DNA of 64,000 nucleotides. It comes from an uncultured Candidatus Entotheonella sp. Lineage in GTDB: Bacteria; Tectomicrobia; Entotheonellia; Entotheonellales; Entotheonellaceae. Made by a program: the position numbers and the translations under genes. Below the pieces are notes generated by a model that saw only the letters and a list, made by a program, of their open reading frames with translations, searched no databases and was not told where the DNA came from. The stretch spans positions 64,001 through 128,000 of the forward strand of contig OZ244252.1 of assembly GCA_965217185.1 (NCBI GenBank), read 5' to 3'. Shown here piece by piece: positions 51,598 through 62,314 of the stretch. Each line of letters starts with the position of its first letter. The stretch's first letter is position 1.

Positions 51598-53265
51598 ATG
51601 CCTGCCGACATTCGACAGACGATGCGCCGACGCCTGCTGGCTGAACGCGGCGCGGTCGTAAAGGAAGCCGGTGCCGTGCGCCTGCGCTTCGCGTTGGCGT
51701 ATCCGCACACCTACCATGTCGGCATGTCGAACCTGGGCCTGCAGACGATCTACCGGCTCGTCAACCGGCGCCCGGACACCCTGTGCGAGCGCGTATTTTT
51801 GCCTGACCCCGCCGACATCAGCCGCCACGGCTATGCCGACGCACCGTTGTTTTCCGTTGAGTCGCAGCGACCCGTCCGTGACTTTCACCTGGTCGGCTTT
51901 TCGGTGTCGTACGAGAACGATTACCTGCATCTGCTGCACATGCTGGCCATGCTCCGTATCCCGCTGCTGGCCGCCGAGCGCGATGAGCGCCACCCGCTGA
52001 TCCTCGTCGGCGGCGCCGTCACCTACATCAACCCGGAGCCCTTAGCCGATTTCGTCGATCTGATGATCGTCGGGGATGGCGAGGACGCGCTCAACGAGTA
52101 CCTGGACTTGGCGCACGATACCCTTGGCCAGCCGCGCCGCGACCACCTGCGGCAGGCGGCGGACATCCCCGGCGTCTACGTTCCGGCCCTGCACGACCGG
52201 TCCGGGGACGTCGGTCCCATGCCGCCGCGCAAAATCGCCGATCTGGCCCAATGGCCGGCGTATTCCACCGTTCTTACCGACGAGACCGAGTTCAGCGGCT
52301 CGCTGCTCGTCGAGATCACGCGCGGCTGTCCCTTCAAGTGCCGGTTCTGCACGGTTGGCTACGTCTATCCCAAGTTTCGCCAACTGCCGGGTGAAACGGT
52401 TCTCGACATCGTGACCGCCCAGCAGCGGCGCGACCGCGATAACGGCCTGCCGCCGGTCGGCAAGGTGGGCCTGATCAGTTCCGCCACCGGCGATTACCGC
52501 GCCCTGCCCACGGTGGCGCAGGGGCTGGTGGACATGGGTGTGGCCATCGGCATCTCGTCGCTGCGCATGGACCGTATGCCCGACGTGTTGATCGACTGCA
52601 TGGTGCGCAGCGGCGTCCGCTCCTGCACCGTTGCTCCCGAGGCGGGCTCCGAACGCCTGCGGCAACTCATCCGCAAGGAAATGAGCGAGGCGGTCATTCT
52701 CGAAGGTGCGGAACGCCTGCTGGCCCACGGCATGCGCGACCTCAAGCTCTACTCCATGATCGGCCTGCCCACCGAAACCGACGATGACGTGCAGGAATTG
52801 CTGTCTCTGGTCTTCAAAATATGGGCGCTCATGAAACGCTACGGCCGCCCCCGCGGCGCCCTGGGAACCCTGACCCTGAGCGTCAATCCGTTCATCCCCA
52901 AACCCGCCACGCCCCTGCAATGGTGCGCCATGGCTCCCCAGCGCGAGGTCAAGGCGAAACTTCACACCCTACGCCAAGCCCTGCGCCGCGAATCGTCCAT
53001 CCGCCTCCACCACGGCAGCCTCAAGGACGACTACCTTGAAGCCGTCCTCGCCCGCGGCGGCCGCCAACTCGGCGCCTTCCTCCTCGAAACGCACCGTCAA
53101 CGCGGCAACTGGCCCCGCGCCGCCAAAGCCCTCGGCTTCGACGTCACCGGCTGGGTCTGCCAACCGATGTCTCGTGACGCCATCCTGCCCTGGGATTTTC
53201 TGGAAACCGACCGCCAACGCCAGCGCCTGCACCGTGAGCATGACCGCGCGATGGCCGTGCTGTAG
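51598..53265 (+). CDS. B12-binding-like radical SAM protein
   Basis: YHVGMSNLG, EITRGCPFKCRFC, APEAGSERLR, FIPKPATP. Confidence 0.9.
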   Translation: MPADIRQTMRRRLLAERGAVVKEAGAVRLRFALAYPHTYHVGMSNLGLQTIYRLVNRRPDTLCERVFLPDPADISRHGYADAPLFSVESQRPVRDFHLVGFSVSYENDYLHLLHMLAMLRIPLLAAERDERHPLILVGGAVTYINPEPLADFVDLMIVGDGEDALNEYLDLAHDTLGQPRRDHLRQAADIPGVYVPALHDRSGDVGPMPPRKIADLAQWPAYSTVLTDETEFSGSLLVEITRGCPFKCRFCTVGYVYPKFRQLPGETVLDIVTAQQRRDRDNGLPPVGKVGLISSATGDYRALPTVAQGLVDMGVAIGISSLRMDRMPDVLIDCMVRSGVRSCTVAPEAGSERLRQLIRKEMSEAVILEGAERLLAHGMRDLKLYSMIGLPTETDDDVQELLSLVFKIWALMKRYGRPRGALGTLTLSVNPFIPKPATPLQWCAMAPQREVKAKLHTLRQALRRESSIRLHHGSLKDDYLEAVLARGGRQLGAFLLETHRQRGNWPRAAKALGFDVTGWVCQPMSRDAILPWDFLETDRQRQRLHREHDRAMAVL

Positions 53266-53478
53266 TACGGGGAGAGGGCGGAACCTTCGAGAAATTCTGG
53301 TTCCAGAGGTACCAATACGTGAGGTTTCTCCGGGAGTTGACTGGGAAAAATGCCGGGAGATAGAAGAGGTAGACCAAACGGCTCAAGCCTTTTGATCTCG
53401 ATACGGCTATTGTGGATACGGGCTTACCAGAGGCACAACTATGTAAGGAAGCTTAAGAAGGAACCGTAATGGGCAGTC

Positions 53479-55531
53479 TCATTTGGAAGGAAGGCCAAGT
53501 CGATCAAAAAACGCCCGGTTCCTTTCTTTCGCAGAGACCACAAGACCGTCGAAAGAAATCACCTGTATGTACGCATTGTAAGCTTCATTTCCATGGTAGC
53601 CGAAATAACCCAGTCCATCCGCGGTTTTCTGCAGTTGATGGTACGCACAGCAACTGATCAAATGTGCAGTAAGATCGGCTAGCACATAGACAAAACCAGG
53701 TATGTTCTCTGCATTTGGAATTGGCCTCCCTGCTATTGTCGAAGCTCCCTCACGTAGCTGTTTCAAATAACTTAATCCCTGATGTATTGGATCTTTCTCC
53801 TCACCCTCTCCAGGTTTAAAGTCCCTTCGCATAGGTTTTTTTGATCTCAATTACCGTAATCGATGCTTGTTGTAGACTTTGCTCGCCGAACAAAAGTGGT
53901 GTGTCAAACAAGTTTAAAGAGGCAACGTCAGGCCTTTTGCGGGTTGTGTTCCCAGTTGTCGGATTAGTTGAAAGAGGTTTGTCCGACGCAAGATAATGGT
54001 GAAACGCTAGTCGTTCATCGACCAACCAGAGATTTTGATGACGGAACTTATCGTCCGATGATGTCACGCCTCTGGGAACAATCAGATCATGAATTACGTC
54101 CTCTCGAGAGAACGTGCCGTCATGTTGCTGCTTGATCGCGCATTCCAGGAGATCTAAGACCACCCGGCGATGGGCCACATAACTGGCCAGATCGGACTGT
54201 TTAAAGTCCTCCGCCTTATCCAGATATTCATCCAACCTTGTCTTATAGTCGTCTATGTCTTGAACAGCAGGGCTATTCAAGAGGTCATGTCCTTCCTCAA
54301 GGAGCTTTTCCTCTAGGAGGAACGCTTCCTTATGTAGGAGTAAATCAAGGTCTTTATCAGCGATGTTGGGATCGATCGCCAAGGTCTTTAATGGAATGTG
54401 ACGTAGCAATGGTCTGTACTTTGGCGCTTTTTTTGACACGAAATTATTCACTTTCTCTTCTCCATCTCGAATTACTTCTTCTAGACTATCTTTCAAGAAA
54501 GTACTGATGCAGGGCAACAATGACTGACGAATGTCGTCATAAGAAATCTCTGTAGCGGCATATAAATTATCAGCCTCCGTAGTCTCGGTTAAATTGAAGT
54601 CTAGTCTCTCATTAGTAACCCTATCGTCCAAGAATTTACTCGTGAGGTACGCCATATAAGTGAACTCGCCATTGCCGTCCGATAATGCGGCGAAAAGTCC
54701 AGGAATCTTGCCTTTCAGCGGTTCCTCTTTTACCAATCGTCCCGCTGCGCAGTAACCTAGGCAATGCGGTCTACTGCGGGCGACTCTTATCTTGACGTGG
54801 GTCAACTCGAACTCTTGCTTTTTAAGTACTATTGTGTCAGTTGAACTCGAAGAATGTATATACCGGTCAAATAATTCATAAAGGTCCATGATCTGGTTGC
54901 CGTCATATACTCTGATCCTTGGAACTCCTTCCGTTCTAATGAAATACCACAGACAATGCTCAAGGATGCCAGAAGCTATTTTGTCAAAGGTCTTATAGGA
55001 ATGTTTAGAAAATCTATCCTTAAATCCCTGCAAATGAACCTTAGTTGATATCCGCTCGGCGTCTTGAATAGTAGGTTCTGAAGTGGATATTTCTTTGGAG
55101 ATGTTGAAGTTAAACCTTCGTCTCAAGATTGTGCCATCCTGATTGTAACTTGAATCTATGGCGACATTATCGAAGGCCTTCAACCACAAAACACGTCCTA
55201 TGCCACGGCATCCTTTGTCTAGTTTCTTTAGGCTGTCAAGTGTGTTAAATGATGTCCAGTTGTCGTCAGTGAATCCTATTCCGTTGTCGGCGATCCTAAA
55301 ACTTGTTATCTCCGGTTCTGGACGCGGACCTGGCTTTATCTCTAATGAAATTTGGCCGTCTCTTATAATCTCAACATCAATCTGATATTCGGAAAGAGGC
55401 AATTGCTTGATTGCATTCAATTCTTCTATCGACTCTATTGAGTTGACAACAGCTTCATAGACGGGCATCAAGCCCTTGCTGTGGGGGAGGTGTATGTTAC
55501 GAAGCCGTCCCTCAAGTGAGCTGTCCATCAT
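53479..55531 (-). pseudogene. GHKL (MORC-like) ATPase fused to a C-terminal PD-(D/E)xK nuclease-like domain, frameshifted at 53836-53842
   Basis: EAVVNSIES, DNGIGF, GCRGIGR; RPDV...IEIKK continues as PMRRDF...DPIHQGLSYL in another frame; removing one A from the A7 run gives a single 683-aa ORF. Confidence 0.8.
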
Positions 55532-55688
55532 CGTCAGTCTCCTATCTCGGTATTGAGGCCAGATAGCCAAGCCATGTTAACCGACAAGTTAACATAGTAT
55601 TTGCCATATGACCCGTTGGTAGGACGCTAGCCCACGGACCACGCACTTGGCACAGACCTTCTGGCAATCTTATTCAGCTAAGCAAGGC

Positions 55689-56972
55689 TCAAAACAAGTC
55701 ATCCAGTTCGCGGTAGTCGGGCGGGGTAGTGTCGATGGCTCGGCCATCGCGCAATACGATGCGGCGGCTCTGCGGGCGGGACAGGACTTCGTCAAAGGTG
55801 CGGCCCTCGCAGATGATGAGGTCGGCTTTGGCACCAGCCCTGATGACGCCGGCTTCAAGACCCATGACGGCTGCCGGCGTGCGAGCCACCGCAGCGGGCC
55901 AGTCGCCGATGGGGCGGTCGAGGTGGGCAATGCGTACCGCTTGGGTAAACGTTTCCAATAAATCCATATCCCCGTAGCCGTAAAACGGATCACGGGTGTT
56001 GTCGCTGGCCAAGGCGGCGGCAATGCCGCAGGCGCGCATCTCGTGCAGCAGGGTGACGCCGCGGAGGCGTGGCGTGCGCTGCGGCTGGCGGTCCTGCAGA
56101 TAGAGATTGCACATCGGCTGGCTGGATATGCTGACGCCGGCGGCTTTCAGCTTGCGCAGGGTCGCCGCGACGATCTTGTCAGCCTGAACCGACAGGCTGC
56201 AGCAGTGGCCGGCGTGGACCTTGCCGGGAAAGTCCAAGGCGAGGTCGGCGATGCGGTCGAGGCTGCGCGATTCGGGGTTGAGGCTTTCGTCGGCGTGAAA
56301 GTCGAGGTCCAGCCCGCGTTCGCGCGCCAGACGGAAAACTCTCCGCAGGTCGGTGTCGAGGGTGGGGGATGCGTCGGTCATGACGCCGAGCACGCCGTCC
56401 GATTGCGCCACCAGGTCGGCCAGTTCGGTGGCGAGCGGCTCGACCAGTTTCTCAAGTGCGATCAGGCAGACCGGCTGCAAGTGTATTCTGCCGGCCCAGC
56501 GCCGTCGCAGGTTGCAAAACACCGGCCAGGAGATGGCATCCTGAGGCGGTTCGGAGTTGAGATGGGTGCGGATTGCCACCGTGCCGTGGGTATAGGCGCA
56601 GCGCAGCGAGAAATCCATGCGCCGGGCGACGTCCTCGGCAGTCCAGTAGCGCCTGCGGTCTTCGGCGGCAGCGGTGAGCGCGCCCATGAAGGTGCCGTCC
56701 GGATTCTGGGTGCGCGGCCAGATGTGGCCTTTGTCCAGGTGGGTATGCACGTCGATCAGGCCCGGCCATACCATGCTGCGGTCGAGGTCAACGCTGTCGG
56801 GCGCTGGGGCGGTGGTTCCGGCGGGGCGAACTGAGGCAATATGGCCGTCGGCAACATCAATATCGACCCGGACCAGTTCGTTTGTTGACGCCGGTTCCAG
56901 CAGGCAGCCCGGGACGCTGCCGTTGACCAGCCGGAAGGAGCTACGGGCAGGAATATCGCTTGCACGAATCAT
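55689..56972 (-). CDS. codA: Cytosine deaminase-like amidohydrolase
   Basis: DVHTHLDKGH, DFHADES, GHCCSL, SDNTRDPFY; GC-rich host-like composition; start approximate. Confidence 0.88.
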   Translation of the reverse strand: MIRASDIPARSSFRLVNGSVPGCLLEPASTNELVRVDIDVADGHIASVRPAGTTAPAPDSVDLDRSMVWPGLIDVHTHLDKGHIWPRTQNPDGTFMGALTAAAEDRRRYWTAEDVARRMDFSLRCAYTHGTVAIRTHLNSEPPQDAISWPVFCNLRRRWAGRIHLQPVCLIALEKLVEPLATELADLVAQSDGVLGVMTDASPTLDTDLRRVFRLARERGLDLDFHADESLNPESRSLDRIADLALDFPGKVHAGHCCSLSVQADKIVAATLRKLKAAGVSISSQPMCNLYLQDRQPQRTPRLRGVTLLHEMRACGIAAALASDNTRDPFYGYGDMDLLETFTQAVRIAHLDRPIGDWPAAVARTPAAVMGLEAGVIRAGAKADLIICEGRTFDEVLSRPQSRRIVLRDGRAIDTTPPDYRELDDLF

Positions 56973-57123
56973 AGGGGCATTCAGACCTCCACAATAACAC
57001 CGTTTCGCCCTCCCGCTTGGTGTGACAGGGCGCAGTTGAAACAGCTCAAACGAATAGTGCAACAGAGATATAGAAAAGGTCTCACAACGCCAATAAATCA
57101 CCCGAATCTTAGGGAACCAACGA

Positions 57124-58047
57124 ATGGATTCATTCGATATAGACGCGCTATATGCGGCAGTTGCGAAAAATATCCTGATAGAAAGGCAAAGAGGAAACGC
57201 TATTGGAGGGGTCAACAATCTCTCAGCGAAGGGTGACGGCCCCGAGAATGCTATCAGAGCTTGGATTGCAAGCATAATTGGAAATAGATATCGCGTAACC
57301 TCGGGGCATATCGTGCGCTCTGACGGGCGAAAATCGAAACAAATGGACGTGATTATTGTCAGGGATATGGCGACGGCGATAATGTACGGCGGTAAAGAAG
57401 GGGAGGCAGAACTCGTACGGGCGGAATGTGTGGCAGCAGTCGGAGAAGTGAAGAGTAGTTGGTACTCCCACAAGGATATAATTGAAGACTATCAGAATAT
57501 GGTAAGGGAGGTCGAAAGCCTTCAAGAAGGATTGTTAGTTAAAAATCGTCTTCGATTCGGTAAAATATGCAATGAAACAACAATTCAAGAAATGCATGAT
57601 CCAACAACCGGGCGAAAATGGCATAATAAATATTACACGTTTGTCATTGCGCTAGGTATCGGAGAATGCAACCTGAAGAGGCTCGCAAGCGATTTGTTGC
57701 AAGGCGGGATAGCGCCAAGAGATGTATCGATATTAATTCTGGATGAACAACGTGGTGGGGCAATATGCGTTCCCGCACGGACAAAGCAAAATGGTGAAAA
57801 TGTGACTGGAATGCAATGTGAAGTATACAGGAGTTCAGATGAGGAGAATGTAGAAAATACTTGGGTAACACTACAGGACGACGGCGTAGGAAACGAAATT
57901 GCTTCCGGGAGAATGCTTAACCTGTTTGGCGCAGACCTTCAACTTCATCTCAGCACTTGGTCGTACGATTTTCTTGACCCGAGACGTTATGTCAAATTGA
58001 GTGCGGCACTGCGGCGCCGACATCCTCACGAAAAGAATAGGCAATAG
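57124..58047 (+). CDS. DUF6602-like putative nuclease
   Basis: KGDGPE, SGHIV..DGRKSKQMDVIIV, ECVAAVGEVKS; AT-rich. Confidence 0.65.
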   Translation: MDSFDIDALYAAVAKNILIERQRGNAIGGVNNLSAKGDGPENAIRAWIASIIGNRYRVTSGHIVRSDGRKSKQMDVIIVRDMATAIMYGGKEGEAELVRAECVAAVGEVKSSWYSHKDIIEDYQNMVREVESLQEGLLVKNRLRFGKICNETTIQEMHDPTTGRKWHNKYYTFVIALGIGECNLKRLASDLLQGGIAPRDVSILILDEQRGGAICVPARTKQNGENVTGMQCEVYRSSDEENVENTWVTLQDDGVGNEIASGRMLNLFGADLQLHLSTWSYDFLDPRRYVKLSAALRRRHPHEKNRQ

Positions 58048-58185
58048 GTCAAGAATGGCCGCTGGTTTATCTTACTGAAAAGTCGGAATCTATGACCTGA
58101 TTTTTTTGGAAGCCTATTGCCCGACGCTTCTGCCGGAAATACCTTCACGCCGTAGCCGTGCCGTCTGCTTTGCAAGGGAAAGAAG

Positions 58186-60514
58186 ATGCTGAGGTTATCC
58201 GAACAGGAAAAGCAGGACATCATTCGGTATCTGGAGGCGGACAGGCCGTTGCCGGACAAGTACCGCTTTCTGTTGTTCGAGGACAAGCGCGAGGTGGAGC
58301 TGGTCTGGAATGGTAAGAGCAACGAAGTGTGCAACGTCGTGCTGCCTTTTCAGATCATCGAGCACGTGGATGAGCCGCGGGCGGAAAAGCCGGAGGACAC
58401 CTCACCGCAGGGCGCGCTGTTCGACGCTCGCGGTCGGCAACTCAAGGGTTGGACCAACAAGCTCATCTGGGGTGACAACAAGCTGATTCTGTCGTCCTTG
58501 AAGAATGGGCCGCTGCGGGAGGAGATTGAACAGCAGGGCGGCCTCAAGCTGATCTACATTGATCCGCCGTTCGACGTGGGCGCGGATTTTTCGATGGATA
58601 TCGAAATTGGCGGCGATACCTTCACGAAGAAGCCCAATATCCTGGAGGAGATCGCCTATCGCGACACCTGGGGCAAGGGCGCCGATTCGTTCATTGCCAT
58701 GATTTACGAGCGACTGACCCTGATGCGAGACTTACTGGCAGAGGATGGCAGTATTTATGTGCATTGCGATTGGCGGGTAAATAGTTACGTTCGTTTGGTA
58801 CTAGATGAGGCGTTTGGGCTGAATAAGTTACAAAATGAATTGGTTTGGCAGAGAACGAATGCCCACAATATGAAGACTAAAGGTTTCATTCGCTCGAATG
58901 AAACACTTTGGTATTACACTAAATCGGAAAATTTCACATACAATGAACATTATACTCAATACAGTAAAGAACAGCTTTCACGATACAAAAGGGATAAAGA
59001 TGGTCGTCTGTTTACAGGAAGAGATCTTACCTTTTCAGGAAAAAGTCCTTCCCGGCAGTTTGAATGGCGCGGGGCAAAGCCCCCGGAGAGCAGATGTTGG
59101 GGTGCAGATCTGGAACAACTTGAGAGTTGGTGGGACGAGGGGAGAATTCTTCTCAAGCAAGACGGAACTCCTAGACTGGATGGATTGAAAGTTTATCTTG
59201 AGGAGACCAAAGGCAAAAGACTAACAGCAAATTGGACCGATATTGGTCGGGTCGGAAACACTGCCGATGAACGAATAGATTACCCTACCCAAAAGCCCGA
59301 AGCGCTACTTGAACGCATCATCAAAGCCTCTTCCAACCAAGGCGATCTCATTGCCGACTTTTTTTGCGGCTCTGGCACCGTGGCAGCGGTAGCCGAAAAG
59401 CTGGGCCGCAAGTGGATTTGCGCCGATCTCGGCAAATTCGCCATCCACACCACCCGCAAGCGCATGATCGGCGTGCAACGGCAACTCAAGGCGGACGGCA
59501 AGACCTACCGCGCCTTTGAGGTCCTCAACCTCGGCAAATACGAACGACAGCACTTTGTCGGCATCAATCCCAGCCTGCGCGAGGAAGAACAGCAGCAACA
59601 ATTGGCGGCGAAGGAAGCGGCCTTCCTCGACCTGATTCTCAAAGCCTATCGCGCCGAAAAACTCGAGCATTTCGCCGCTTTCCACGGCAAGAAGGCCGGG
59701 CGGCTGGTGGCGGTGGGGCCGGTGAATCTGCCCGTCACGCGGTTGTCCGTTGAGGAGATCATTCTGGAGTGCCGTAAGAAACGCATCACCAGGGTAGACA
59801 TTCTCGGTTTCGAGTTCGAGATGGGCCTGTTCCCCAACGTGCTGGACGAGGCGCGCAGCAAAGGCATCGATATTGCCCCGAAATACATCCCCGCCGAGGT
59901 CTTCGACAAACGCGCGGTGGAGAGGAACCAAGTCGTTTTCCACGACGTGGCGTTCATCGAGGTCAAGCCGCACGTAAAACCGGGCCGGAAAAATCAGCCG
60001 GCCACGGTAGCGGTCGAACTGACGGACTTTTCCGTGTTCTACTCTCAGGACCATTGCCGGGGCGGAGGCCGCCCTGTCTGGCAACAAGAAGGCCGGTAGC
60101 AGGGTGGTGGTCGAGCAGGGCCAGGTCGTGAAGGTGAGCAGGAACACGGACGGTGCCGTGAGCTGTGAAGTCCTGACTCGGAAGTGGACGGACTGGATTG
60201 ACTACTGGTCGGTCGATTTCGACTTCGAGAGCAAGCGTGAGATCATCCACGTCAAAAGCGAGCTTTCCCCTGATGAACAGGCGGCCTTCCAGGATATGGG
60301 CGACACCCAGCAAAAGCTGGTGGGTTGGGAAGAGCAATGGACGGGTGACTATGTATTCGAGAACGAGTGGCAGAGCTTCCGTACCAAGAAGGACCGCTCA
60401 CTGGAACTGATCAGCGTCGCCCACGAATGCCCGCCCGGCCGGCATAAGATCGCCGTCAAAGTCGTGGACATTTTCGGCAACGACACCATGACGATTGTGG
60501 AGGTGGAGGTGTGA
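58186..60514 (+). pseudogene. mod: Type III R-M methyltransferase (Mod), frameshifted near 60050
   Basis: IYIDPPF, YPTQKPEALL, DFFCGSGT; after FYSQD the reading continues in another frame (IAGAEAALSGNKKAGSRVVVEQG...KVVDIFGND). Confidence 0.85.
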
Positions 60515-61869
60515 ATATCCAGAAACTCATCATTGAAGATGTCCGCTGTTTTGCCGGCCGGCAGGAGTTCAACATCCGTCCTCTGACCTTTCTGGTCGGC
60601 GAGAACAGTACCGGCAAGTCCACCGTTCTCGGCTGTTTTGATGCGCTCCTTCGTTTTGCGAGGGCGAGGGGACCCTATGGAGCCGACCTGGATTTCAACG
60701 TCCAGCCGTACCAGATGGGCGTCTTTGCAGACATCGTCAGAAGATCCAGGCCCGGAAAGAAGAACTTCAAGCTGGGCTTTGAATCCAGGTCTGAAAACAA
60801 GAACGAAAACATTGAGTATGTTCTGACCTTGGCGGAGAAAGAAAAAGGCTCTGAACCTGTTGTCCAGGAACAGAAAATATCTGGCTGCAACAGCGAGATC
60901 GTTTTCCTTGGGGAGAAGCAGGAAGAAGTTGAACGATCAGGCCAACGGGCCGATTTCCGCCGCCTTCTTGAATTGGTTGATGCTTCTGAAGCAGGGGGCC
61001 GCAAACAATTCCGTATCAAAATGTCAGAACCTTTTGCTGCTATGGGTGTCTTTGCAGCTTTAGATTTGGGCATCAGATTCAGATGGTTGGAAGAACAAGA
61101 GGGCCTATCCCTTGAGGAAAAAGAACTCCAGAGATCAATGAGAAACATTTTGGAAGCATTGGGCATCGAACGACGCTACGGATATGTGGAAAACAGCTAC
61201 AGTTTCGCGCCCATTAGGTCCAAGCCGCAGCGCACCTATAATCCCCTGAAAGAGGACGCCAATCCCGAGGGCGCTGATGTGCCAATGGTGCTTATGAATA
61301 TGTCACGGACGGATGAAAGGGGGTGGAAGGCACTCAAGGGAAAGCTAGTCGCATTCGGACAATCTTCTGGATTATTCACGGACATTCATGTCAGAAGACT
61401 TGGAACATCCATGGGCGACCCGTTCCAGTTGCAGATCAAAGTTAACGGACCAAGGGCCAATGTGATAGATGTAGGTTATGGTGTAAATCAACTTCTTCCT
61501 ATCTTGGTGCGTCTGTTCAACGCCGGTCCAAGGATGGCGTTTTTGATGCAGCAACCGGAAGTGCATCTGCATCCCAAAGGTCAGGCGGAGTTGTCTTCTC
61601 TCTTCACGGCTCTGGTGAAGCAGAGGAGGCATCGTTTCGTAATCGAGACGCATAGTGACGCGATGATCAACCGTGCGCGCATCGAAATCATGAACAAGAG
61701 AATAGCGTCGGAGGACGTTTCACTCATTTATCTGGAACCGGCGGGCAACAGCGTCAACGTCCACAACGTTCGGTTTGATGAACAGGCAAATTTGTTGGGG
61801 GCGCCGAACGGGTACAGAGACTTTTTTCTCAACGAATCGGACAAACTGCTTGGTTTCGTCAATGGGTGA
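60511..61869 (+). CDS. ABC-type (AAA_21/AbiEii-like, DUF3696-type) ATPase
   Basis: Walker A GENSTGKS, signature DVGYGVNQLLP, Walker B/D-loop MQQPEVHLHP, H-loop IETHSD; GTGA overlap with the mod stop. Confidence 0.85.
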   Translation: MNIQKLIIEDVRCFAGRQEFNIRPLTFLVGENSTGKSTVLGCFDALLRFARARGPYGADLDFNVQPYQMGVFADIVRRSRPGKKNFKLGFESRSENKNENIEYVLTLAEKEKGSEPVVQEQKISGCNSEIVFLGEKQEEVERSGQRADFRRLLELVDASEAGGRKQFRIKMSEPFAAMGVFAALDLGIRFRWLEEQEGLSLEEKELQRSMRNILEALGIERRYGYVENSYSFAPIRSKPQRTYNPLKEDANPEGADVPMVLMNMSRTDERGWKALKGKLVAFGQSSGLFTDIHVRRLGTSMGDPFQLQIKVNGPRANVIDVGYGVNQLLPILVRLFNAGPRMAFLMQQPEVHLHPKGQAELSSLFTALVKQRRHRFVIETHSDAMINRARIEIMNKRIASEDVSLIYLEPAGNSVNVHNVRFDEQANLLGAPNGYRDFFLNESDKLLGFVNG

Positions 61870-61872
61870 ATC

Positions 61873-62289
61873 ATGTGTCTGATTCTGGATACGAACAAAT
61901 ACGGCGATTTTCTCACCCCGGAGAATCGAGATATGGAACCTGTGAGAAAGTGGGTGCGGACCGGAAATGGAAAAATAGCCTATTCGCCAACGGAGAAAAT
62001 GCAAAGCGAGTTGAACAGGCACAACAAAATGAGAGAGCAGTTTGATCGCTATAGAGAAACAGACAAGCTCAAACTCGTCCCTTCAGACAAAGTAAGGCGG
62101 GTGATGGACGGCCTGCGGGACTTACAATCTGACGACCCGGACATCATCGCTCTGGCTCAGGTTGCCGGGGTTAGGTTGTTGGTCTCAGGCGACACGAATC
62201 TGCACACTGACTTCAAGCAAATCATCGGCGGGAACATATACCAAACCAAGGGACATCAACATCTGCTCAAGAGAGATATCTGTCCATGA
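61873..62289 (+). CDS. PIN-like domain protein
   Basis: MCLILDTN, SDDPDIIALA, LLVSGD acidic pattern; starts 3 bp after the ATPase stop. Confidence 0.7.
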   Translation: MCLILDTNKYGDFLTPENRDMEPVRKWVRTGNGKIAYSPTEKMQSELNRHNKMREQFDRYRETDKLKLVPSDKVRRVMDGLRDLQSDDPDIIALAQVAGVRLLVSGDTNLHTDFKQIIGGNIYQTKGHQHLLKRDICP

Positions 62290-62314
62290 AGCCGGCTGAT
62301 TCTGGAATTGCATA

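Noticed and set aside
55647..55663. Sigma-54-like TTGGCACAGACCTTCT
   Set aside because: Lacks the -12 GC and has no plus-strand gene downstream
56973..57473. N-terminal extension of the deaminase
   Set aside because: Runs antisense into the AT-rich DUF6602-like gene; homology-like sequence starts near 56972
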